Below are positions 37,661-47,700 of a stretch of 64,000 nucleotides of DNA, in pieces. Position 1 is the stretch's first letter; every line of letters begins with the position of its first letter. The DNA comes from Alphaproteobacteria bacterium (GTDB lineage Bacteria; Pseudomonadota; Alphaproteobacteria; JBFXJJ01). The stretch is taken from the NCBI GenBank assembly GCA_050175015.1, contig JBFXJJ010000003.1, positions 96,001-160,000 on the forward strand, read 5' to 3'. Below the pieces are notes generated by a model. The model did not search any database, was not told the DNA's origin, and saw only the letters and a list, made by a program, of their open reading frames with translations. Both the position numbers and the translations under genes were made by a program.

Positions 37661-39544
37661 ATGTCTGAATTAGATGAAAACCAGAGTTTTAGTTTTGAAG
37701 AAGCATCTCTTTTGAAAGCAAAAGAGAGCGATAGCGCTCGCCCTTATTGTGTTTTAGCAAGAAAATACCGTCCTAAAACTTTTTCCAGCCTTATTGGTCA
37801 AGATACCTTAGTTAAAACGTTAACCAATGCTATTCAGTCTAATCGAATCGCACAGGCATATATTTTAACGGGCATAAGAGGGATTGGTAAAACTTCTACA
37901 GCAAGAATAATTGCCCGAGCTTTAAACTGTACGGGGGTTGATGGCAATGGTACCGAGCCTACAACCGAACCTTGCGGAGTATGTTCTAATTGCAGAGCTA
38001 TCGAAAATGACAATCACGTTGATGTCTTTGAAATGGACGCCGCCAGCCGTACTGGGGTTGACGATATCAGAGAAATTTTAGATAGTGTTCGTTATAAGCC
38101 GTCGGTTGCGAGATATAAGATTTATGTTATCGACGAAGTTCATATGCTTTCTAAAAATGCCTTTAACGCTTTGCTTAAAACCTTGGAAGAACCGCCTCCA
38201 CACGTAAAGTTTATTTTTGCAACGACAGAGATTAGAAAAGTTCTTCCAACGATTTTATCACGTTGCCAGCGTTTTGATTTAAAAAGAGTTGAAGATGTTG
38301 TATTGGCAAAGCATTTTGAAAATATCGCGGGTTTAGAAAAGGTTGCTATTGATAAAGAAGCGGTTGCGATTATTGCTAAAATTGCTGATGGTTCCGTAAG
38401 AGACGGGCTGTCTCTTTTAGATGGTATTATTGCTCATAGCAGTGGTACTAGTGCAATCACGGCTGAGGATGTCCGCAAGATTATTGGTTTGGCTGATAAA
38501 TCGGTTTTGTTTGACATTTTTGAAGCCTTAATGAAAGGCGAAACCGCTAAAGCCATAGACCTTTTTGCAATGCAGCACGATTTAGGTGCCGATCCTTTAA
38601 ATATATTGCAAGATCTTCTTGAGCTTACTCATTTTATTACTAAAGCAAAAATCGCACCAGAGACAATAAATAATCCTGCCGTAGCCGAAGAAGATCGTAA
38701 GCGTGGAAAAGAAATGGCCGACAAACTGCCAATGTCGGTTTTGACAAGGTGCTTTCAAATGCTTTTAAAAGGCATAGATGAAACTAAAACAGCATATACG
38801 CCATTTATGACGGCAGAGATGTGTTTAATTCGAATTGCTTTTGTTTCTGACTTACCAACTCCAGAAAAAGCCATTTTGGATTTAAAAAAAAAAGCAATAA
38901 CATCTAGCCTGTCTTCCGTTTCTGCGCCAGCGGTTAATAATACTAAAGCTGATATCAGCCATAATAATTTTGAACCAAAATTGCCTAATAATGTGGTTGA
39001 TTTAAATTCTAGCAGGGCTGTTTCTAATGAAAAAAACTCAAAAAACATTAATGATGCTCCTGAAATAAGCAGCGGTAATCAAGCTAAAAGTGATGTAAAT
39101 ATATCTAAAGAGCCTCAAATTAAGAATTTTTGGGATATTCAAGCTGTTTTTATGAAAAACAGAGAAATGCTTATTGCGCACAGTTTTTCTAATGATGTTA
39201 TTCCTGTCGCTATAGAGGGCAACATCATTAAAATTGCATTAAAAAATAATAAGGCAGCTCCCGATTTTGCTTATAAATTATCAGAAAAGCTTTCGGCTCT
39301 TTTAGGTGCTGATTATAAATTTGTTATTGTAGAGTCTCAAGAAGGCGTAAAAACACTGGCAGAGCAGACGGTTATTCTTGAAGAAAAGCGCAAACAAGAT
39401 ATTGCCGCTGTTCCAATTATTAGAAAAGTATTAGAAGCTTTTCCTAATTCTGAGATTGAAAGTATAACTAACAATAATGATAATGACGAAAGCGAAAAAG
39501 AAGATAACGAAGATAAAAGTTTTTATGTAGAGGACGAAAAATGA
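37661..39544 (+). CDS. dnaX: DNA polymerase III subunit gamma/tau
   Basis: LARKYRP, GIRGIGKT, Zn cysteines, DEVHMLS, SRC motif. Confidence 0.97.
   Translation: MSELDENQSFSFEEASLLKAKESDSARPYCVLARKYRPKTFSSLIGQDTLVKTLTNAIQSNRIAQAYILTGIRGIGKTSTARIIARALNCTGVDGNGTEPTTEPCGVCSNCRAIENDNHVDVFEMDAASRTGVDDIREILDSVRYKPSVARYKIYVIDEVHMLSKNAFNALLKTLEEPPPHVKFIFATTEIRKVLPTILSRCQRFDLKRVEDVVLAKHFENIAGLEKVAIDKEAVAIIAKIADGSVRDGLSLLDGIIAHSSGTSAITAEDVRKIIGLADKSVLFDIFEALMKGETAKAIDLFAMQHDLGADPLNILQDLLELTHFITKAKIAPETINNPAVAEEDRKRGKEMADKLPMSVLTRCFQMLLKGIDETKTAYTPFMTAEMCLIRIAFVSDLPTPEKAILDLKKKAITSSLSSVSAPAVNNTKADISHNNFEPKLPNNVVDLNSSRAVSNEKNSKNINDAPEISSGNQAKSDVNISKEPQIKNFWDIQAVFMKNREMLIAHSFSNDVIPVAIEGNIIKIALKNNKAAPDFAYKLSEKLSALLGADYKFVIVESQEGVKTLAEQTVILEEKRKQDIAAVPIIRKVLEAFPNSEIESITNNNDNDESEKEDNEDKSFYVEDEK
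38884..38907 (+). other. A10 slippery site in dnaX with close stops in both alternative frames
   Basis: TTA AAA AAA AAA GCA; +1 frame TAA at 38898-38900; -1 frame TAG at 38905-38907. Confidence 0.65.
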
Positions 39545-39861
39545 AAGGTTTGGAAAATATTCTGAAGCACGCAGGAGAGATTCAGAAAAAATTAGAAGAA
39601 GAGCAGCATAAGTTAGAAAAATCCTTATATGAAGGAGCTGCAGGAGGCGGAATGGTTAAGGTTACTCTTAACGGTAAAGCTGATGTAAAAAAAGTTATTA
39701 TTGACCCATCTATTGTTAATCCCAATGAAAAAGAAATAATCGAGGATTTGATTGTTGCCGCATTTAATGATGCTAAACGCAAAGTTGAAGATGGTATGCG
39801 CAATTCAATGTCGGGCTTAGTTGACGGTATGCCTAGTTCTAATCCTTTTCTTAATTTCTAA
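39541..39861 (+). CDS. ybaB: YbaB/EbfC nucleoid-associated protein
   Basis: GAAGGGMVKVTLNG, EDLIVAAFNDA; between dnaX and recR. Confidence 0.93.
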   Translation: MKGLENILKHAGEIQKKLEEEQHKLEKSLYEGAAGGGMVKVTLNGKADVKKVIIDPSIVNPNEKEIIEDLIVAAFNDAKRKVEDGMRNSMSGLVDGMPSSNPFLNF

Positions 39862-39869
39862 AAAAACAA

Positions 39870-40463
39870 ATGTCAGAAAACGGTTTCGATAATCTAAGTT
39901 ATATTCTTTCCAAATTGCCAGGTTTAGGACCTAGATCGGCAAAAAGGGTTATGCTTTATCTCCTTAAAAAACGTGAAAATGTAATGCAGCCCTTAATAAA
40001 AGCGCTGACTGATGCTTATGATAATATTAAGACGTGTAAAGTCTGTGGCAATTTTGATGTTTCTGATCCCTGTTCTATCTGCCAAAATCCGAAAAGAGAT
40101 ACAGCTTCTTTATGTGTTGTCCAAGATGTTGCGGATTTATGGGCATTAGAACGCAGTTTAGCGTTCAGAGGCAGGTACCACGTTTTAGGTGGACTTTTAT
40201 CGGCTATTGACGGTATCGGACCTGATGCTATAGGTATTGATAAACTTAGAAGAAGAATCTTAGACGAGAATATAGCAGAGATTATTTTGGCACTTCCTGC
40301 AACAGTTGATGGCAAAACAACCTCACATTATATTGTTGAATTAATTAAAGATACAGAAGTTAAAATTTCAAGTTTAGCACACGGAGTTCCTGTTGGCGGC
40401 GAATTAGATTATCTTGATGACGGAACCATTGAAACCGCTATCAAAAATCGTATGCCCTTTTAA
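39870..40463 (+). CDS. recR: Recombination mediator RecR
   Basis: LPGLGPRSAKR, C4 zinc finger, YHVLGG, GVPVGGELDYLD. Confidence 0.97.
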   Translation: MSENGFDNLSYILSKLPGLGPRSAKRVMLYLLKKRENVMQPLIKALTDAYDNIKTCKVCGNFDVSDPCSICQNPKRDTASLCVVQDVADLWALERSLAFRGRYHVLGGLLSAIDGIGPDAIGIDKLRRRILDENIAEIILALPATVDGKTTSHYIVELIKDTEVKISSLAHGVPVGGELDYLDDGTIETAIKNRMPF

Positions 40464-40479
40464 TTTAAAGGTTATTTTT

Positions 40480-41391
40480 ATGGTTATGAAAAAGATAATT
40501 ATTGCTCTTTTCTTGGTTATAAGTTCTGTTCCTTGCGCTTTAGCCGATTTCGCAAAAGGTCTTGCGGCATATGAAGCAGGGGAATATAAAACCGCTCTTT
40601 TAGAATGGACGGTTGATGCCGAAAATGATGATGTTGCTGCTATGCGCAATATTGGTCATATGTTCCGCTGGGGCAGGGGTGTTGAAAAAAATTTAATAAC
40701 AGCCGCATACTGGTATAAAAAAGCTGCGGACAAAGGCTTTGATAAAGCACAATACAACTTGGCATTGCTTTACTTAGATGGGGAAGGCGTTGCCAAAGAT
40801 ATTAAAGAAGCGGTTCATTGGCTGGAGTTAGCCAGCAGCCAAGGACACGCTGAAGCATCTAAAAAATTGGAGGAGCTAAGGCAAACTCAAGCCGAAAATG
40901 TTGTCAAAGATGTTGCTAAAGAGAAGATAGCAGCGCCAAGTAAGGAAAAAACGGAAGAGACATCAACATCTGCCGTTGCCAAAAAACTTGATATAACGGA
41001 AAAAGAACAAGTAAAAAAAGAAACCGATAAGAAAGCAAATCAGGCTTTAGAAAAAGCGATAAAACCTGATTTAAAAGAAGATAAAGAGCTTTTGAAAACA
41101 GCGGTCAAAAATTCTGATAATAAGGCTGAAAAGGAAGAACAATCAGCGGTGCATATAAGTTCGTATAATTCTGAAGATGGTGCGTTGTCTGGCTGGAGCG
41201 TCCTTAGAAAAAAATATAAGAATTTAGATCAATTCAAAATGGAATTAAAAAAAGTTGAAGTCAAAGGCAAAGTTATGATTAGGCTTTTTGCTAAAGGTAA
41301 AACCAGCGATGCTTTAGCTTTGTGTCAAGCCATCAAGAATCAAAAAGAGTATTGCGTAGTCTATGACAAAGATGGAAAGAAAATTTTCTAG
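40480..41391 (+). CDS. Secreted Sel1-repeat protein with C-terminal SPOR-like domain
   Basis: Signal peptide, DFAKGLAAYEAGEY, SLR repeats, Lys/Glu linker, VHISSY...A..LCQAIK...C; start moved to ATG 40480. Confidence 0.8.
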   Translation: MVMKKIIIALFLVISSVPCALADFAKGLAAYEAGEYKTALLEWTVDAENDDVAAMRNIGHMFRWGRGVEKNLITAAYWYKKAADKGFDKAQYNLALLYLDGEGVAKDIKEAVHWLELASSQGHAEASKKLEELRQTQAENVVKDVAKEKIAAPSKEKTEETSTSAVAKKLDITEKEQVKKETDKKANQALEKAIKPDLKEDKELLKTAVKNSDNKAEKEEQSAVHISSYNSEDGALSGWSVLRKKYKNLDQFKMELKKVEVKGKVMIRLFAKGKTSDALALCQAIKNQKEYCVVYDKDGKKIF

Positions 41392-41542
41392 GGCGCATAG
41401 CAATTAAAGATATTTTATGAAAATGAATAAAATTGCTTTGCAAACTAATTTTGATATAAAAATTCACAAATCGTATAATTAAAATATTTTGACCTGAGCA
41501 ATAGCTAAATTGCAATATTTTAGCTTGGCTGTATTTATATAA

Positions 41543-42382
41543 TTAGCGGCTGTTTTGGTTATGATGAATATAAGAAATAGGCGGTCTTTTTATTTCTATT
41601 CCAGCGACTTTCAAAATTTTTTGAAAAATTTGTTTTCTGATAATTTCATTGTTATTCAAAGTCTCAATAAAGTCTTGAGGTGGTGTTTCTTTGGGGTAAT
41701 ATTCTTTGAATCCTTCAAGAAAATTTTTACCGCTAACTTCAGGGTGAAAACCACAAAGAACGGCTCTGCCTTGACCATATTGGCACTCAATCGCAGCGTT
41801 TTTTTTATCACCATCTTTAGTTAGGTATGATGCAATAACAGAATGATTTTGATTGTTATTGGAAGATTGCGCCTCAAAGCTTGGGCCTTCTTGATAATAA
41901 ATATTGGTGGTTTCGCCATTTTCAAGCTCAACTTTAGCTGCCGATGCTGGAAACTTTTGCGCAGGCAGTTCATCAAGATTGGCAACAGGTCCTTCTGCTT
42001 TGCCATTAAAAAAGCCAAGCTCTCTTTCAGAAAGGATTTCTTTCTTTTCACCTTTAGCATATTCAATATTTTTGCAGGCATAATAAGCTCCGGCACAAAA
42101 GCCGATATAAGAGCCCCCGTGCCTTACGTAGTCTTTGATAACCTGATTGCCGATACCATTTAATTTTTTAGCATATCCTGTATCGTGTCCACCAGGCATT
42201 ACAAAAGCTGCGGCATCGTTTAAAATTTCAGGATTATTTATAAGTTTTTCTGCATTAATAAAGCGTATTCCTACAAAATCTCTTACCTCTTTTGTGATTT
42301 CCTGACTTAGGCAGGAAACAAAGAAAGGATCCGCTCCTTCGTCACGATAGATATAAACATATTTTTTGAGAGGATCAATCAA
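41543..42382 (-). CDS. BPL_N-domain (class I glutamine amidotransferase-like) protein
   Basis: YIYRDEG, FVMPGG.D..Y.KKLNG.GN..IKDYVR.GGSYIGFCAGAYY, G.HPE; TTG start; ends NQNSR. Confidence 0.85.
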   Translation of the reverse strand: MIDPLKKYVYIYRDEGADPFFVSCLSQEITKEVRDFVGIRFINAEKLINNPEILNDAAAFVMPGGHDTGYAKKLNGIGNQVIKDYVRHGGSYIGFCAGAYYACKNIEYAKGEKKEILSERELGFFNGKAEGPVANLDELPAQKFPASAAKVELENGETTNIYYQEGPSFEAQSSNNNQNHSVIASYLTKDGDKKNAAIECQYGQGRAVLCGFHPEVSGKNFLEGFKEYYPKETPPQDFIETLNNNEIIRKQIFQKILKVAGIEIKRPPISYIHHNQNSR

Positions 42383-42403
42383 ATGTATATCCTATCTATT
42401 TTA

Positions 42404-43234
42404 TTAAACCAAACTAATGATAACAGCAGATAAACCTAAAATCCAGCAATAAGGAGCAAAGAGATAGAAACGTCCGCCTTTAACAATGCGCATTAATATT
42501 CGCAGAGAAATATAACCGATAATAAAAGCTGCGATTGTTCCATAGATAGTAGCATAGTTAAGGTTTAAGTCGGAGGTTTCTAAAGCATCTTTTATGTTAA
42601 GCAGAGTTGCGCCTAAAATAGCAGGAATTGATAAAAGAAACGAAAAACGAGCAGCAAGTTCCCGTTCAATTCCTAAAAACAGCCCCGTAACAACCGTTGT
42701 TCCAGAACGAGATATTCCTGGAATCGCAGCAATTCCTTGACTAATACCAATAATAAATGCCCATTTAAAAGAAAATTCTTTGATGCTGGCTTTGGGTTTA
42801 GAAAAATACTTAGAGATCCATAAAATAATCCCAGTTGTAAACAGCATTAAGCTTACAATAGTTAAAGAGGAAAATAAAACCTTGCCGTATTTTTCAATTA
42901 ACAATCCAATAATTGCGGTTGGAACAGATCCGATAATTATGAGACAAGCCATTTTGAAATTGACATCATTTTGCAACAGCTCTTTGGTGTTTTTTCTTAA
43001 AATCAAGCTCGCGAAAAGCTTGAAGCAAGATTTAATCATAAGCATTATATCTTGGAAAAAAACCACAAAAACGGCGAGAAGAGTTCCAAAATGTAAGGCA
43101 ATGCTAAAAGATAAAGAGGGTTCAGATATACCAAAAAAATACTGGCCTAAAAAAAGATGTCCCGAGCTGCTTACAGGTAGAAATTCGGTTATACCTTGCA
43201 AGATGCCTAAAAGTATTGATTGGTATAGTTCCAT
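42404..43234 (-). CDS. uppP: Undecaprenyl-diphosphate phosphatase
   Basis: GILQGITEFLPVSSSGHL, PGISRSGTT, AARFSFLLSIP. Confidence 0.96.
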   Translation of the reverse strand: MELYQSILLGILQGITEFLPVSSSGHLFLGQYFFGISEPSLSFSIALHFGTLLAVFVVFFQDIMLMIKSCFKLFASLILRKNTKELLQNDVNFKMACLIIIGSVPTAIIGLLIEKYGKVLFSSLTIVSLMLFTTGIILWISKYFSKPKASIKEFSFKWAFIIGISQGIAAIPGISRSGTTVVTGLFLGIERELAARFSFLLSIPAILGATLLNIKDALETSDLNLNYATIYGTIAAFIIGYISLRILMRIVKGGRFYLFAPYCWILGLSAVIISLV

Positions 43235-43393
43235 ATTTTGTTTCCTAGTGTTTTAAAATGTTTTTATTTTTGTAATCGGAGAAATAAAAAATTACAAATT
43301 TTTTATAGCAAATTTTAATACTTAAAGATAATAATATAAATACTATATAAAAATATAATTTTAAAAACTTCTTAAAAATTTAAGGAAATAAAA

Positions 43394-44455
43394 ATGCGTT
43401 TAAAACAAATATCATTAGCAATAATGCTGTTTTTTTTAGCTGTTGCTTTTTCTAAAACGGTCGCAGCTGATGCTTATTTTGATGAAGTTTTAACTAAGGC
43501 AGAAGCTGGTGACGTTGACTCTCAATATGAGTTGGGAATGATTTATCTTGGTTCTCAATCTGGAACCGAAGATCATAAGCAAGGAAGAGAGTGGTTGGAA
43601 AAGGCTGCTAATCAAGGACATACGATGTCTCAAATTACGCTTGGGAATATCTATGTTGATGGTCAAGGTGTGGATCAAGATTATAAAAAAGCCTTTAACT
43701 GGTATAAAAAGGCCGCTGAGCAAAAATGTGTTTTAGCAACTATCAGCATTGGGGCGATGTATAACCAAAGCTTAGTTGATTCAGAAAATATAAAAGACGC
43801 CCAAAGATTTTTAGACCAGCACGTTACGGACTTAAAAAATACGGCATCTCTAGGTGGTGCCAAAGATCAGTTTATCCTTGGTAACTGCTATAAAGAAGGG
43901 CAAATTTGCCCTCAGGATAATAAAGAGGCGATTAAATGGTATCGCAAAGCTGCAGAGCAAGGATACGCAGGAGCCGAATTTATTTTAGGATATATGTACC
44001 ACGAAGGACAGGGCATATCTAAAAATTTAGACGAAGCCTTAAAATTATATCAAAGTGCTGCGGAAAAAGAATATGCTGATGCCGAATATGCCTTGGGTTC
44101 AATGTATGAAGTTGGAGAGGGCGTATCAAAAAGCCCTAAAAGAGCGTTTGAATACCTATCTAAAGCCGCAGAGCAAGGACATTTAGAAGCACAAAAGGAC
44201 GTTGCCTTAAAATACTATAATGGCGAAGGTGTGGCTAAAGATTATACTAAAGCTTTGATGTGGCTTATGATTTCTTCCAGTATGGGGCTAGATGATGCCG
44301 CAAAAGAGATGAATGAAATTTTAGTTTCAAAAAATGTAAGCCCTGAGCAGATTTCCGAAGCAAAAACGCTTGCATCAATCTGGAAACCAGAAATATCAGG
44401 AGCTACTAACAATACAATGGATATTTTGAACGCATTATTTAGCACCTGCAATTAG
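43394..44455 (+). CDS. Secreted Sel1-like repeat protein
   Basis: Signal peptide and about 7 SLR repeats. Confidence 0.9.
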   Translation: MRLKQISLAIMLFFLAVAFSKTVAADAYFDEVLTKAEAGDVDSQYELGMIYLGSQSGTEDHKQGREWLEKAANQGHTMSQITLGNIYVDGQGVDQDYKKAFNWYKKAAEQKCVLATISIGAMYNQSLVDSENIKDAQRFLDQHVTDLKNTASLGGAKDQFILGNCYKEGQICPQDNKEAIKWYRKAAEQGYAGAEFILGYMYHEGQGISKNLDEALKLYQSAAEKEYADAEYALGSMYEVGEGVSKSPKRAFEYLSKAAEQGHLEAQKDVALKYYNGEGVAKDYTKALMWLMISSSMGLDDAAKEMNEILVSKNVSPEQISEAKTLASIWKPEISGATNNTMDILNALFSTCN

Positions 44456-44717
44456 AATATTTTATGGTTAAATAAATTTATTCTAACAATGTAGGAAAGT
44501 TTTTTATCAAATATAGTTTAAGGTTCTTTAAGGATTTTTTCAAAAAATCCTTAATATGCGAAGCAAATTTCTAGAATTATAATTGGACTCCTTTATTTTG
44601 CCTTACGGCAAGTGTCTGACGACAGTTTTGCTTTTATCAAAAGCAAAAGTAAAATCTTCTTACAGATATTGTGGGATATAAATGAAATAATGATAATTGC
44701 TACAGCTCTGCCATAAC

Positions 44718-44754
44718 AAAATGACCGTTAAGATATTAACTTAACGGTCATTTT
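44718..44754. terminator. Intrinsic terminator after the autotransporter
   Basis: AAAATGACCGTTAAG/CTTAACGGTCATTTT 15-bp inverted repeat. Confidence 0.8.
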
Positions 44755-44776
44755 CTATCTATTAAACTAAATTATT

Positions 44777-47700
44777 TTACCAAGAATATTTAACACCCAC
44801 AGACACACCGTGAGAAGTTCTGTTTTCTCTTAATTCAGCTTCGTAATCGATATTAAAGATCATATTGTCTTTTTCACCAAAGCTAAATCCTGTTGCAAGG
44901 TCTAAAGCATTCTTTCCTGGATTTGCAGGATAGGTTCTAATGGTTGTGTTATGAAGTCTAGCTTCACTGTGATCATAATAGCCGTTCCCTATATCTCTTA
45001 ACCAAGCAATTCTAGCTCTTAACTCTCCATCAAGACCGTCGTCACTCTTGAATTCGGTATTGGTTCTAAACCCAATTCTTGTTTGAGGAGCGACTACCGT
45101 TTGAGAAAAGTAATGCATAGCAACAGCAGCGCTACCATTTTCAACAAAGGCATTTTGCTTCATCCACTCTAATCTTAAACCCACAAAAGGTACAATGAAA
45201 CCATAACCAGTTATAAAGCTTTTACCGCCTTCAACATCGCCTAAGAGACTGTATCCAGAAGACGTTCCATAAACATACTGATCGCCGCCAGCAAGACTTA
45301 CTATACGAGACTCACGATAACGATCAATAGAAAAACCTACAGAACTATCAATATAGTAGTTTTCTGTTGGAGTATAAGAACTGTAGCCTAATAATTGCCA
45401 GCTTTCTACTCTGCCGCTGCCATTATCTTCAGAATCAAGTTCGGTATTCATATTTGATATCGCTAAACCAGTCATAAGCTTAGGGCTAATCTTAGTATCG
45501 CCACCGATTACAACGCCAAAAGTTCTAGCGGTATAACCAAGAGCATTATCATCAGCTCCTGTTTTACTGTGTTTACCAAAAACCTTGCCCCAAACATTGT
45601 TATCTGGAGATAAGCCCAAAATGTTATTTGCAATATCTTTTGTTATACCAGAGGTCTCTTCTGAAAGATCAAATTCCGCCTGAGGGCTTACAGCACTGGT
45701 TTTAAAATCATTTCTTTTGCCCGCAAGTCTTGTAGCCACAACCTTAGAAGTTTCGGCTCTAGCTTGTCCTGCAACTGCCATAGAATTGGTTTTGTTTTCA
45801 CCTGTAATTTGGCGTAAAGCTCGGCTCATATGGGTTTCATCTAAAGTAGATAAATTGTCAAATAAGTATTTAGCATTACTATCAGCTATCGCTGCTCCAG
45901 CTGATGGACGGATTTGATCTAAAGCTTTGCCTGCTTCGGACTCGTTGCCAGATAATTTCAAGTTTGGCAGCGAAGTAAATGAAGTTGGAGTTACAACCAA
46001 GGAAATAACAGTATCTCCATAGATAATATCAAAGCGGGTTCCGCTGGCTAAGCCAGATCCTGGCTGTGTTAAGGTTGCAAATTCTCCAAGAATACCGCCA
46101 TTGGCCTCAACAATGTCAAAGGTATCACCTATTTCAGGGGTAAAATTGTTGTTTGCTAAACCAGTTATTCCTCTTAAAATCGGCTTTAGTTCACCATCTG
46201 CTGTGTAAGTACTTCCAACACCAGTAACTAATAGACGGTCGTAGTTGCCTGCACCTATTCCTGTGCCTGTACCATCAACATCAATATCAAGAGTACTTCC
46301 AACTGCTTGGACAACCGAACCAACAGAAATTAAAATTCCAGGTGAGTTACCAGGAGATAAGTTACCATAAACTGTAATGCTGCCTCCAATGGTTCCTGAA
46401 CCTTGTAAGGTTCCACCTGCTTGGACAATTGCACCGCCGGTAATCGATCCATTTAAGGCTAGTACACCTTGTTGTATGCAAGCACCTAAAGAGTTTGCGA
46501 CAAGACCTGACATAATAAGTTTGCCGCTGCCATCTTTTACAAGACAGCCTGTTCCTGATACATTGCCAGAAGCGGTTACATCGTTACCATTAGTATCAAT
46601 TGTTCCATCATTACCAGAAACTTCAATATCTCTACCTATTGTGAAATCTGTTCCTGCGGTTAAAGTGCCGCCGTCAAATTCGAGACTTGAAGTCGATGTT
46701 CCAAGAGCGGAGTCTGAGCTAACAATAAGTGAACCTTCTTGGATTAAAGTACCTGTATAGGTATTAGTTCCGGTTAAGGTTAAGCCGCCAGTTCCAGCTT
46801 TTATCAGTTTGCCAACGCCAGATATGGTTCCTGAGGCAGTTACATCATTGCTTCCAGTGTTAAGAGTTCCGTTATTGGCGGAGATGTCAACATCACGGGC
46901 AAGCGTTGTAAAACCTGCTGCGGTTTCTAACGTGCCGCCATCAAGCTCTAAATCAGAGCCTGCTGCACCTAATGCATTATCAGAAGAAGCTACGACTGTA
47001 CCTTCTTGAATAAGTGTTCCCGCTTGAGTGTTTGTCCCAGTTAGGGTTAAGTCGCCTGTTCCAGTTTTTATCAGTTTGCCAACACCAGATATGGTTCCAG
47101 AGGCTGTTATATCATTGCTTCCAGTGTTAAGAGTTCCGTTATTAGCAGAGATGTCAACATCACGGGCAAGCGTTGTAAAGCCTGCTGCGGTTTCTAACGT
47201 GCCGCCATCAAGCTCTAAATCAGAGCCTGCTGCACCTAACGCACTATCAGAAGAAGCAATAACGGTGCCTTCTTGAATAAGGGTTCCTGCTTGAGTATTG
47301 GTTCCTGTTAGGGTTAAATCGCCATTACCTGTTTTAATAAGTTTTCCGTTACCTGTTAAATCGCCAGAGACTACGCCGTCGTTATCTTGAGTGTCAAACT
47401 CCGTATCGCTGTCAAAAGAAAGGTCAGCAGTAACATCATCACCATCATCAAAACGAACTTCATTATCTCGATCATCAAGATCTACAGAATCACCCTCAGT
47501 TCCAGAGCCATCTAAAACTAAAGGACCAGAGGAAGGGGGAGGATCTGCGGCAGGCTCACCACCAATGCCAACCGAAGCTACGCCTGTAACGAAAAATTCT
47601 TGCGGTAAAGTTAAACCTGTGCCAGGAGAAAATGTAGAAATTACAATATAATAATCAGTGTCAGCTTCAAGTTCTGTTTGAAAAGCAGGGCAAAGACCTG

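Noticed and set aside
44560-44650. c-di-GMP riboswitch
   Set aside because: The GGCAAA...GAAA...GACGCAAAG core is not present and the region is not upstream of a gene
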